Shown: positions 41,301 through 55,589, numbered from the stretch's first letter. The stretch: DNA of 64,000 bases from Eledone cirrhosa (GCA_964016885.1 OZ024755.1:22134001-22198000); one strand, 5' to 3'. Numbers and translations are program-made. The notes: generated from the sequence alone by a model not told the origin.

Positions 41301-42676
41301 TTACTAGCCACACATGTATAAGTTCCGGTGTCAGATTGTTTAACATTTTGGATCATTAAACGTTTTACAAAGCTATCATCCCAAAAAGTGATGCTTGCAG
41401 ACTGACTGATAATTTCACTGAAGAAAAGAAACAAAACAAAATATAAAAAATATAAAAAAAGGTTAATAAAAGGTTAATAAGAAATGGGAACACTTTTAAA
41501 CAGTTAAAGAAAAGAATTTAAAGGAAAGTTGTAGAAAAATAGGAATGGGAAAGAAAGAAAAACTCAAAGAGAAAGTAAATGATGAGAGGGAGGGAGAGAG
41601 AGACAAACAGTTAGACAGACACACAAATAGAAATAGCATAATAATTGTTTCTACTTTAGGCACAAGGCCAGCAATTACCCAGTACATTACTGGCACTTTA
41701 TTTTATCGACCCTGTAAGGATGAAAGGCAAAGTTAACCTCGGTGGGATTTGAACTCAGACTGTAAAGGGACGTAACTATGCTGGAAAGCATGGCGTCCAG
41801 CCCTCTACCGATACTGCTAATTAGAATAATAATTACTTCTGATTTAGACACAAGGCCAACAATTTTGGGAGAGAGGAAAGTCAATTAAATCGACCCCAGT
41901 GCGTTTTTCATACTGTATTTTATCGACCCCGTAAGGATGAAAGGCAAAGCTAACCTTGGCAGGATTTGAACTCAGAACATAAATATTTCTTAAATTGTGT
42001 AGTTATCATAACATTTCCTTATAACTATGTCATAACTTCACTACTATCATAACATTACTTTATTACTATATGTCATATCTTCACTACTATCAATACATTA
42101 TAACTACACCACTATCATAACATCTTATAGATATGTCATAACTACACTTCTATCATAATCTTTGAATTATAACTATGCAAGGGTTAACTGAAAAGTTCAT
42201 AGGCTGACCAAGATAATCTCATGGAATGACCAAATGAAGTTTATTTTTTTAACATTAGTCATGGATGTTCGTAGGGAGACATTTTTTGTAGCGAGATATG
42301 ATCCAGGTCTCATTTTTAAGGGGGACTCTGGTATTTTTGTAATTAATATTCATCAAGTCCTACGGATTCACCTGGTAAAGAAAGTTCCCCTAACATTCCA
42401 GTATTTGAAATAGAGATATCTTACCCATTATGTAGCCAGCTAATTTCTGGTTCAGGATCACCTGTTGCAGCACAGGTAAACTGCATTGTAGTTCCAATCT
42501 CCAACAGCATGTCTTGTGGCTCAACTGTAAACTGAGGTGTACCTGACAAAACAATGGTTTTTAAATCCATCAAAAATTAGCTGAAAAAATATGCAATTAG
42601 GAATTTTGGTTAAATATTTTTTGTTTTATTCTTTTCACTTTGCAGCTTGAAATTTTAAATAGATAAAACTAATATG

Positions 42677-42714
<38 letters not shown>

Positions 42715-44655
42715 ACAATGTCACTGGACCGAGACCTTTGGCGGTACTCAGTAATAGAGAAGACCCGCCTTACCTAAATACAAAGTAAAACCTACTACAG
42801 TCAGTAGGCATCTCTAACAAAATACACCCCCCGTCCCACCACCCCCACCCCATCCACACCGCCCCTTTCAATGTAAAGTTATGTTGGTGCCACAACATCC
42901 AGGCCAAACAAATGAGATCGTGTAGGTGTCACGACAAAAAACACACAGTCCACGCTGTAATGTGGCCGTGTAGGCAACACGGTAAAAACCTCCCAGATCC
43001 ACACTGTAAATGTGGTTGGTGTTAGGAAGGGCATCCAGCTGTAGAAAACCCGCCAGATAGTCCTCTGCGAGCAAGATAACCACTCTTGCCTCAAGTGGGA
43101 AAACCCTCCGTCCAAACCCATGCAAGCGTGGAACACGGACGTTAAACGTTGATGATGATGATATAGGCATGGTCAGCCGACCGGCTACTGCCCACAACAG
43201 AACAACCCGTCTAACCCATGCTAGCGTGGAAGAACGGACGTAAAACGGTGATGATGATGATGATATATATATATTTGTTTTAATAGACTATATATATATT
43301 TATCAATCAATCAATAATAAACATTGATAAACATTGATTGCCAGATAAATTAACTATGGAGATATAAAAGATACAGAAGTGAAAACCAACCAAAACCAAA
43401 CAGGGAGTGTGTTCAGTTATTATTTCTGGCAATATTATAACATTATGACCCTCCCCAAATATAACAATATATATATATAAAAAATTCAGAACCCCAAAGG
43501 CTGAGCTCCAACCGTTTCAACAACTAGATCCGAATTTAGTTCGGACCTAGCTGTTGAAACGGCCAGGGCTCAGCCGTCGGGGTCCCAAACTTTTCATATT
43601 ACCCACACTGCTATATCAAGTATTGAGTACTCTGGGGAGTAATGGTCAAACTGGTTTTTACCATTTCCATATATATATATATATATATATATATATCCAT
43701 GCTAGCGTGGAAGAACAGACGTAAAACGGTGATGATGATATATATATATATATGTATGTAAAAGGTAAACAGAAATAACAACACAATCGGTACAGTATAT
43801 GGAAGGGATATATTAGGTTAACACCTGATATAACAGGAAGATGGTCTTAACGTTTCGGATGCTAGTCCTTCATCAGAAGAAAGAATGAGAAAAAAGATAG
43901 ATAGACGGGTGGGTTGGAATTGGAAAAAGTGTCTTTAGATAAAAATAACAGGTCCATTCATGTTGACATCTCTTGCAAAACTATTGGTGAAGAAAACTCA
44001 TCGCTAGAACAGCCATTAAAACTGTAAATGCTGTTAAAGATAGCGATGGACAAAAATGCCTCTGAGGACACAAACCAATGGCCTGTGGTCAACAAAGACA
44101 ATCCACAATCTTGTCTATATTTCATCTGCCTGTCACCCACCCTATAATATAGATGAAAGTCTCTCTGTTAACCACGGGCCACCAGACTCTGTCTTTGACA
44201 GCAATTAGCCACTTGAACAGCTGATCTAGTAATGAGTTTTTCTCATTTTTATATCTATTCAAATACACTCTCGCTTCGTCTCGATCAGAGACAACATTGG
44301 TGGTGGTGGTAACAGCAACAGTAGTAGTAGTAGTAGTAATAGTAGTAGTAGTCGTGGTAGTAGTAGTAGCAGCAACAACAGCAGTAGTAGTCATAGTAGT
44401 AGTAGTGGTAGTAGCAGCAGCAGTAGTAGTAGGAGTAGTAGTAGGAGTAGTAGTAGTAGCAGCAGCAGTAGTAGTAGTAGTAGTCATAGTAGTGGTAGTA
44501 GTAGTAGCAGCAGCAGTAGTAGTAGTAGTCATAGTAGTAGGAGTGGTAGTAGTAGTAGCAGCAGCAGTAGTAGTCATAGTAATAGTAGTAGTAGTGGTAG
44601 TAGTAGCAGCAGCAGCAGTAGTAGTAGTCATAGTAGTAGTAGTGGTAGTGGTAGT

Positions 44656-44687
<32 letters not shown>

Positions 44688-47600
44688 TAACAGCAGCGGT
44701 AGTAGTTGTTGTTCTCTTGATGCTTGGAATTAATTAAAAATAATTCTAAAATAATCAGACACATGGGTGCCATAAAACTAATCCTTCACAAGGACATTGA
44801 GAAGACAAGATTCCAAATTAAGGGTTAGAAAAAAAAACTTTTAAAAACAGGAAATTAGGCAAATGAAAAAAAAAAAAAGCAAATTCTTAATGGCATGTAT
44901 TTTGGAAATATTCACAAATTTAATTCTTTATATTTTACCATTTTATTTACCATTTAATTCTTTATTTAATTTAATTCTTTATATTTTACCATTTTATTTA
45001 CCATTTAATTCTTTATTTAATTTAATTCTTTATATTTTACCATTTTATTTACCATTTAATTCTTTATTTAATTTAATTCTTTATATTTTACCATTTTATT
45101 TATTCTTCATTTGAAGGGAAATTAAGGACATTATTAAAAAGGTAATACACTGGCATAATTGCTGGCCTTGTGCCAAAACTAGAAACAATTATTAAAAAGG
45201 TTATTAAGGACATAATTAAAGGGCGGGGGATTGGCAGAATCGGTAGAGGGTCGGACACCATGCTTTGCAGCATAGAGTTATGTCACTTTACGATTTGAGT
45301 TAAAATCCCACCGAGGTTAACATTGCCTTTCACCCTTAAGGGGTCGATAAAATAATCCACTAGTAATGTACTGGGAAAATTGCTGGCCTTGTGCTAAAAG
45401 TAGAAACAATTATTAAAAAGGTGAAATAAAATCGGTTTGGAACTGGAAAAATCTATATTTTATTGAAGTAAATTAGTTTTGATGACATCTAATGTATTGG
45501 AATGATGCACAAATGGCAGACTTTACAATATATCTTCCAGCGTTAAGTTTTAACCATTTGTATTCTGATTTCAAATGTTGGTGATATTGATAATTGATTT
45601 TAGTGATTGATTGATTTATTTTTGCTTCTTTTCAACTTTACAGCCATTTAGAAACTATATGAGATCTTTATATGTTATGCCTTAACCCTTTTGTTACCAA
45701 AGGCCAAAACTGGCTCTGGTTTTATGAAATAAAGCCACCCATTTTAAAGGTTTCTAATTTAAATTAAAATCTTCCAACATAATTTTATATAAGAACCTTA
45801 CATTAAGTTAATATCTTAGTAATGAAATAATTAATAAATTTAGTCTCTCAAAATTCTTCATTAATTAATTGAAACAGTGTATTTCATTAGAAATGTGGTC
45901 ATGAAAGGGTAAAAAAAAAAGAACAGAATGCTAAGGTCATACCCAGAACACTTCTCATCAGATATTTGTTTAATCCCTAGCTGAAACAGGTTTTTGTAAA
46001 TAGTCTATAGATTAGTCTCCTATTGAGATAAGCTGAGGTCGGTTTCAGCAAACCTTGGCTCAAGCTAAAGCTAGATTGGTCTCTTAACTGCTTGCCATCA
46101 AGAAATCAGAATTTAGCATTCAACTTTTAAAAAAAGCTCTCAAAATTTAACAAATATTTAAATTTTAATAATGTAGTCCTAGATTCACTATGCCAGAATA
46201 AAAAAAATGAGATCTGCACAATAAAGACTGACCTGGGACCAAACAATAACAGCAGCAGCAACCAATCTGCAATAGTTATAACTACAACCTTACCTATACT
46301 AAATTGTACCTACTGTTACCAAATTAAGAGTACTATGAAGGTGGGTGGCTTGGTGGTTAAAGAATTGGATTTGCAATGGTGAGCTTGTGGGTTCAAAGCC
46401 TGGGCTGGATGATGTATTATGTTCTTGTGCATGACACTTTATTTCATGTTGCTCCTTCTGCTAGGAGCTGTAACTGGTAGATAGTATCAGCAATGGAAAC
46501 ATTGTTTCCTTGGTCCAATTTCACGAGTTCTACCTCAATCGGTAAGCAAATGAAGTCTAGGAGTTTGTAGATTGAAGAGTATTAACCGTGAAACTGTGAA
46601 AATGGCCCACTTACTCATTCCTAGATTAACTAATGGAAGAAAATAATTTAGTTGACAGGTCTATACTTACGACATAGGAACTGCTCAGGGGAGAGTTCTG
46701 CCACTAATTTCCCTGAAACACTGGCAGGTGATTCACAGGTGGCAGTTGATTCTTCAATGAGAACACTTAGTCTGCCTGACAGCCAGCTCAGTTTACAGTC
46801 ACATATCAATGGATTACCATGTAGGTAGCTACAATATAAAACATATACCAATGGATTACCATGTAGGCAGCTACAATATATAACATAATATACCAATGGA
46901 TTACCATGTAGGTAGCTTCAATCATCATCATCATCATCATCACTGTTTTACCTCCACTCTTCCACGCTAGCATGGGTTAGACGGGTTGTCCTGTTGTGGG
47001 CAGTGTCCGATCGGCTGTCCTTGTCTTGCTCATACAGGAACTGATTCTGGCTTGATTTCTACAGCTGGATGCCCTTCCTAAAACCAACCTCAGTGAGTGC
47101 TGGATGCTTTTTTTTCCATGGTGCCTACAAGACCACTTTACAGTGTGGGCTGGGTGCTTTTTTTGCCGTGGCACCTCCACAACCACTTTGCAGTGGAATG
47201 ATAGGGACCCCAGTCCCTATCATCTCATTTCTACAGCTGAGTAAAAACTGGAGCAATGTGAAATAAAGTATCTTGCTCAAGGAAACAACACATCACCCGG
47301 TCCGAGAATTGAACTCACAACCTTTCGATTGCAAGCCCAATGCTCTAACCACTAAGCCATGCGCCTTCACTACAATATATAACATAATATACCAATGGAT
47401 TACCATGTAGGTAGCTACAATATAAAACAATATACCAAAGGATTACCATGTAGGAAGCCACAATATAAAACAATATACCAATGGATTACCATGTAGGTAA
47501 CCACAATATAAAACATATACCAAAGGATTACCATGTAGGTAGCTACAATATATACCATAATATACCAATGGATTACCATGTAGGTAGCTACAATATATAC

Positions 47601-49853
47601 CATAATATACCAAAAGATTACCATGTAGGGAGTTACAATATATAACATAATATACCAATGGATTACCATGTAGGTAGCTACAATATAAAACATATACCAA
47701 TGGATTACCATGTAGGGAGCTACAATATATGGATCAGTTGGAGACGGTTGCTTTTGACAGGGCCCACTGGAAAGAGTGTTTGAGGACTCTGCTCCCATAG
47801 CCCTCTATAAGGTGAATAAGTGGGTGAAGAAGAAGAGGAGGAAGAAGTATATTTTTTTTTGGGGGGGACACCCTGTATTGCAATCATTCAGACTAAATTT
47901 TTGTTTGAAGGAGTATTTAAGGACTCTGCTCCCATGACCCTCCCAGGATTAAGTGGGCAAAGAAGAAGCTGATATAACACATGGGGACACAATTTACTTA
48001 GGGAAAATGCCCATATAGTCTAATGATAGTTTGTAGAGGAGATTGGAATATGAACAACAATGGCATAGCCATTGTGTCTTGCAAGCAATGACTGCTATCT
48101 CTTTATTGATAATAAACAGATTGATGTAATAGCCCTGAGGACAAATATACTTGTCATAGAGACTTGAAAATGATGCTAGTCTGATATTTTTATATATATT
48201 GTAAAGTATTTGTTGTTGCAGTAGCAGCAATGGTAGAAGTAGCAGCAGCAGCAGCAGCAGCGGCGGCAGAAGTAGTAGTAGTGGTAGTGGAAGTAGTTGC
48301 AGTAGTAGTAGTAGTTGCTGTAGTAATAGTTGCTGTAGTACTAGTAGTAGTAGTAGTCGTAGTTGCTGTAGTAGTAGTAGTAGTAGTAGTAGTAGTTGTA
48401 GTAGTAGTAGCAGTAGTAACAACATTTTTGAATATTTAAGTGGACTCTTACAGGAGATCCATTGTATTTAGTATTCATACTAGCAAACTAGCAACTAATA
48501 CACAAACAGTAATACTAACAGTAATACTAAGTTCTGAAAAAAGTATCGGAGAAAAAAAATAAAAAAGAGTCGAAAGATTAATGCACAGAGACATTTTGAA
48601 TATCATATAGTATTGTACAGAATGAATGTGAGAAATAACATGTATAAATGATGAGAATAACATATTGTGTTGTAATTTAGTTCCTTAAGATACAGCCTGG
48701 TCATAATAATAGCTGATATAACCTCAAAACTGAGAAAAGTTTAAATTGAGAAGTCATTTATGGAAGCAATGCTTAGCATTCTAGCATATATTACACAAGA
48801 ACAATATCTGTTGGAATGCTAAATATCAATAAGTTGTAAAATGATATCAACTACAAATGTTTAGCCTTTTGCACTAGTAACTCCTACTGCATATTTGGGA
48901 GTGATGTATATAACTGTGATTCTCAAAAGTTCAGCAACGGGCCTCTCTGAGATCTGTGCCCTTGGAAGCTGCTGAGTTGACCTTAATGGTAACACCAGCT
49001 CTATATAAAACTGTGATCCTTAAAGGTTCAGCAACATGCCTCTCTGAGATCTGTGCCCTTGGAAGCTGCTGAGTTGACCTTAATGGTAACACCAGCTTGA
49101 TATAAAACTGTGATCCTCAAAGGTTCAGCAACATGCCTCTCTGAGATCTGTGCCCTTGGCAGCTGTTATGTTGACCTTAATGGTAACACCAGCCCTGGCT
49201 ATATACTATATAGGATCGACTACAATGGAATTACAACAAATGTCATCATCATCATCATCATCAACGTTTAACGTCCGTGTTCCACGCTCGCATGGGTTTG
49301 GACGGAGGGTTTTCCCACTTGAGGCAAGAGTGATTATCTTGCTTGCATAGGACTATCTGGCGGGTTTTCTACAGCTGGATGCCCTTCCTAACACCAACCA
49401 CATTTACAGTGTGGGGCTGGGAGGTTTTTACCGTGTTGCCTACACGGCCACATTACAGCGTGAACTGTGTGTTTTTTTTGTCGTGACACCTACACGATCT
49501 CATTTGTTTCGGCCTGGATGTTGTGGCACCAACATAACTTTACATTGAAAGGGGTGGTGTGGATGGGGTGGGGTGGGGTGGGGGGGGTATTTTGTTAGAG
49601 ATGCCTACTGACTGTAGTAGGTTTTACTTTGTATTTAGGTAAGGCGGGTCTTCTCTATTACTGAGTACCACCAAAGGTCTCGGTCCAGTGACATTGTATA
49701 TATATATATTTAATTAGAAAGTGAACAATACAAAATATAACTGGGATCCAGAAACGTTTGGTAATAGAGTAGTTATATTTTGTGTTGTTCACTTTCTAAT
49801 TAAATAGTTCTGTTCTATACATAGAGCACTCTTTTTTCCTTCGGAATTACCTA

Positions 49854-49885
<32 letters not shown>

Positions 49886-50107
49886 TGTTATACTTTGGGA
49901 GGGTCATGTTGCCAATAAGAAACACACGCACCAACCGGAGATTTATAAATTTTTTTTTTTTAATTTATAATTTAATTTATAAAAATTGGAGTGAAAGCAA
50001 CTGGTGCATGTGTTTCTTATTGGCAAAATGACCCTCCCAAAGTATAGCAATATCGGTTTCAACACACGTTTTCAGATAAAGAATCTTGCTAAACAAATTC
50101 AGAAACG

Positions 50108-50144
<37 letters not shown>

Positions 50145-53100
50145 TTAGTGGTTAGAGCATTGGACTTGCAATCGAAAGGTTGTGAGTTCAATTCTCGGAC
50201 CGGATGATGTGTTGTTTCCTTGAGCAAGACACTTTATTTCAAGTTGCTCCAGTTTACTCAGCTGTAGAAATGAGTACCGGCCTGCCCGCCCAGCCAGTGG
50301 GATGGCGTTATCTTATGACTAAAACAGCACAACGTGCTGTGACCAGCAGCGGTGATTGGCGCCCGACAGACTGGTCGGTCAAGATGTATATATATATCAA
50401 ATGTATCATAATGTATATATATATCAAATGAAGCAACGGAGTAAAGGACTCGCATTGTTCCCTGGTGGTAAAAATACCCTGTAATGAAAAAGCATGTTCT
50501 TTTTATGTATTCTCTCCTATATATATATAAACAATGATTGGAATTTACTTACAGTTTACGCAATTTTCGTAAGCCAGCAAAAACTCCAGCAGATAAAGTC
50601 TTAATTGAGTTATTTTGCAAATATCTAAAGATGAAAATAGGAAACCATTACTTAGTTTTTCAAAATAGTGATGGCAGTGATGATGATGGCAATGGTGATG
50701 ATGATGGTGGTGATGATGATGAGGACGACAACTGTGATGGTGGTGGTGGTGGTGATGATGGTGATGGCGGTGATGATGATTATGGTGGTGATGATGGTGA
50801 CGACAATGATGCTGGTGGTGGCGGCAGACATGGTGATGATGGAGGAGGTGGTGGCAGTGATGATGATTATGATGGTGATGGTGGTGGTGATCATGATAAT
50901 GGCGGTGATGATGATGGTGATGATACTGATGATGATGATGGTGGTGGTGGTGGTGGTGGTGGTGGTGGCGGCGGCAGACATGGTGATGATGATGGTGGTG
51001 GTGGCAGTGATGATGATGATGATGGTGATGGTGGTGGTGATGATAGTGATGATGATGGTGGCAGTGATGGTGGTGGCGGTGGTGGTGGCAGTGATGATGA
51101 TGGTGGTGGTGGTGGTGGTGGCAGTGATGATGGTGGTGGTGGTGGCAGTGATGATGATGGTGGTGGCAGTGATGATGGTGGTGGTGGTGGTGGCAGTGAT
51201 GGTGGTGGCAGTGATGATGATGATGGTGGTGGTGGTGGTGGCAGTGATGATGGTGGTGGTGGTGGTGGTGGCAGTGATGGTGGTGGTGATGATGATGATG
51301 ATGGTGGTGGCAGTGATGATTAACACATGGTGATGTTAAACATGATTAAATAACTTGAATCAGGCTCGGATTAAAATGAAAAATGGGCAGAAAATACATG
51401 AAAGTGAGAACATTTATAAAAGACGTGAATATAATTGTAAAATATATTTTATACAACTTACAAGTGTTCCAAATTCGCGAGTTCATTGAAAGTTCCAACT
51501 TGTATAGTTTCAATTTGGTTATTGTATAAGTAACTTCAGAGGAAACCCCAAAAAAGAAAAAGAAAAAAATATATGGTTTTATAAATATAAGGAAAAAAAC
51601 CTGTCCTGTGGTAATGGCCAGGGCTGTCTTAACACATGGGCACTCTGGGCAATTGCCCCGGGGGCCCCACGAGGATAGGAGACCCATTTGTATTTTTTTT
51701 ATTCCTGTGAGTGGTTGTGTAGGTAGGGGCCCCAGTGCTCTGCTTTGCCTGGGGGCGGGGGGCCTAAAATGCTGTTAAGACGACCCTGGTAATGGCTGTA
51801 ATATATTCTGCAAATATATACATTTATATACATCCACACACTCTCTCTTTCTCTCTCTCGCCCTCTCTCCCTTGCCCTCGCTCACACATTCACACACATG
51901 CACAAGCACTATGTATGTAAGCTAGGAAAAATGGTTGAAATATATATATCATCATCATCATCATCACCATCATCACCGTTTTACGTCCGTTCTTCCACGC
52001 TAGCATGGGTTAGACGGGTTGTCCTGTTGTGGGCAGTGTCTGGTCGGCTGACCATGCCTTGCTCATACAGGAACTGATTTGGCTTGATTTCTACAGCTGG
52101 ATGCCCTTCCTAACACCAACCTCATTTACAGTGAGTGCTGGGTGCTTTTTTTCCATGGCGCCTACACGTCCACTTTACAGTGTGGGCTGGGTGCTTTTTT
52201 GCTGTGGCAACTCCACGATCACATTGCAGTGGGAGGGTGTGGGGGCATATTGTCTATATACTTCAGCTTGTACCCATGGGAGGTCGGGTACTCTGTATTA
52301 CTGCGTGACGCCAGAGGTCACAGTCATGTGTCATCGCCTTTGAGAGGTGTAGTTGGGTAAGGTCGGCTTTTATCACCTCATCCCAGGTCATCTTGGGTCT
52401 CCCCACTCCGCGGTTTCCATCAACTTCTAGTGCTCTGCACCTTTTTATGCAGCTGTCATCCTTCATACGCATCACATGTCCATACCAACGCATCCGCCTC
52501 TCCTGCACACAATATTTGATTCCTCTTATGCTCAGTCTCTCTCTCAATTCATTTATGCTTTGTATATATATAATAAAAGAAGTGTGGTAAGGAACCAGGT
52601 GGACCATAACGCACCAGAGTACTCAATACTTAGGATAGTAGAGTGGGTAATAGGAAAATGTTCAAGACCCCGACGGCAGAGCTCAAGCCATTTCGACGGC
52701 TATTACTGGACCGGAAATAGCCGCCGAAACGGCTGGAGCTCTGCCGTCGAGGTCTTGAACATTTTCCTATATATATATATATATAGAGAGAGAGAGAAAG
52801 AGAGAGAGATCTCAGACCTCAGATGTTACTTGCTTATCAAGTGGGGTGAAACTCATTAGATCAGATCCAAAGAAACAATGTTTCTGTTGGTCTTTCCATT
52901 GCTCATATTAATAATATTAATAATTAATATTAATAATGAAATTATTGTGTAAAGTGCTCAGGTGCACCACAACTCGTCAATATAGTACATAGAATAATAC
53001 ACAAATGTCAGGGAAGTACATGTGTGTATTTGTTAGCTGTAGTGTTGGCGGATCTCGGGAAGCATGGAGGCTTTAAAGGATGCAGTGTCTCGACAGCTAA

Positions 53101-55476
53101 CAACTGATGCAGGTAGTTTGTTCCATGCTTCAGCAACTCTGAGCGTGAAAAAATGTTTCCGAAAGTCATGAGAACTGTGCTGTTTTCTTACTTTGTGGGC
53201 ATGCCCACGTGTGTTAGACACATGGAAATCAAAAAGGTACTCAGGGTTGTTGTTGGCAACATGGTTAACAATTTTGTGGGTGTTTACCAAGTCAGTTGCC
53301 AGGCGTCGGAGCTTCAATGAATACTATCTCCCAGTCACAACTCCTGGCAGAAGGAGCAACATGAAATAAAGTGTCTTGCTCAAGGACACAATGCCTGGCC
53401 TGGGAATTGAACTCACAAGCTCATGATTGGGAATCCAATCAGATGTACCCATAACTAGTAAGTGTGCCAAAAAACCTGGCAGAGCCCATCTTCTCTCCAG
53501 GTCTGAATACAGCAGATTTCTTCCAGAGAAAGATAGAGAGACTGAGAGAATTGAAGTGAAAAAGATATATAGAGGAAGAATCAACCCCAGTACTAGACTG
53601 GTACTTTTTATAGACCTCGAAAGGATGAAAAGCAAAGTTGACTTTGGCGGGATTTGAATTCAGAGAGCAATGAGCTGGAATGAACACCACAAAGCATTCT
53701 GTTTAACGCTCTTATGACTCTGCCAAGATGGATAACATCCATGAGCTCGGCTGGTCTCGCTTGGGGATCCAGCTGGATCAGTTGGAGTCAGTTGCTTCTA
53801 ACAGGACCTGCTGGAAGGAGTGTTTGAGGATTCTGCCCCCCCCCCCCCTCCTCATGACTCTCTCAGGAATAAGTGGGTGAAGAAGAAGAAGAACTGCTGA
53901 ACGATATACCATATTTGGTGCATTTCTTTTCCCCAAAATATATTCTAAAATCTTTCCTGTGTCCAATACCCCTGTATCATTGATGGGAGGCCAAACAGAG
54001 GGTCAGGACAATCATGGTTAAAAAAATTTAGTTAGTTTTACTATTAGTATTACTAATACAGTGATGCAATACAATTTATATAAGCAAAATGATATTGACT
54101 TATATAAAAGTTTCTGAAAGAACAATGAAATAATTTTTAATAAATTTATGAAGTAATATACTAAAATTCTTTTTCTCAAAATGTCCTTGTAAAACCAGGG
54201 GTGTCTTATACTAAGGGTCATCCAATAGGCCAACAAATACAGTACTTTACTTACAGTTCTCGTAATGATGGCAACCCAACAAAGGCATTTCTGTTTAGGA
54301 CATCTAATTCATTGTGATTCATCAACCTGGAACACAAACAAATAACATCAAATTAATTAAATGGTGCTCTGAAATAGCGATGTATATATGAATGTATATA
54401 TAGTGTATTTTGCAATACACTCTATGCTTAATTAAAAGTATTTTGAAGACCATACAATATTGTTTTAAAATAGTGACAATGTCACTTATTTAAATTTTTT
54501 TTTTTGGAGACAGTACTTCTTGATACACCAAACATTTCGGTTGTTTTCGTTACGCTAGCACCTGCCATACGAGCACCAACAATTTGACCTCTTTGAAAGT
54601 CCGATTGATCTGTCATTTTAATGAATTCTAATTACCTTTTTCTGATGATATCTGAAAATAAACAGCAATTTTAACAAAACATATTAAGCAACACTAATAA
54701 TAAATAAAAAAAAACATAAAAATAAACAAGCTTTTGATTGTTTTATAGATATTTCAAAATTATGATACTATGATGCTAGGTGTTTCCATTATTTTGTCCA
54801 ACCCCTGTTTATATTTATATATATATATATATATTTATAATATAAGATCAAAAGATGGTTAAAGGAGTTCCATGTATTTTATTATGCGCATTTCAAAAAC
54901 AAACATCATCATGCAATAATATTTGTGTTTTCATCAGATAAAACAGGAGAACATGATATGAAGGCTAAAAAACACTTGTGGATAGTGCAGTTTTAAATCA
55001 ACATATGTTGATTTAAAACTGCACTATCCACAAGTGTTTTTTAGCCTTCATATCATGTTCTCCTGTTTTATCTGATGAAAACACAAATATTATTGCATGA
55101 TGATGTTTGTTTTTGAAATGCGCATAATAAAATACATGGAACTCCTTTAACCATCTTTTGATCTTATATTATGTATACTCCAGTCCTACAAACTGTAGAG
55201 TGCTTCTTATCCGATATCTGCATTGCTTTATTGTACTACAATAAAACTCACCTCCTACATATATATTTATATATATATATATACTGTATATATATATATA
55301 TATACATATATATACTGTATATATATATGTGAGAGAGTTGGGGGAGGTGAGTGTGAGTGTGAATATGGATGGTTATACAAATGTATATAAGTGTATAGGA
55401 ATATATATTAAAGAGAATCTATGTATGTGTGTGAAACAAAGTGCATTCATATGTGTCTATGAGGGGGAGATATGTA

Positions 55477-55512
<36 letters not shown>

Positions 55513-55589
55513 AGGGACTGATAATGACTGAATAAGGAAGTGTGTGTATGAATGTGTATGGGAGAATTTGTGCAATAAGATATGCCCAT

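Larger units (their letters stand above)
54837..55260. mobile_element. (TA)n-inserted fold-back element, family B, with 336-bp palindrome (54837-55172)
   Basis: Centre ATCAACAT|ATGTTGAT at 55004/55005; unpaired 88-bp extension shared with 36197-36285. Confidence 0.85.

Noticed and set aside
44122-44773. Poly-Thr, poly-Val and poly-Tyr ORFs (also 47994-48439)
   Set aside because: Trinucleotide microsatellites; no splice or domain support
47415-47798. ORFs with repeated YLHGNPL / YMVIHWY
   Set aside because: Translation of the splice-site minisatellite, not an independent gene
50538-51333. Long Gly/Asp-, Thr/Ile- and Met/Val-rich ORFs
   Set aside because: By-products of a (GAT/GGT)n microsatellite inside a PXDN intron, open in several frames
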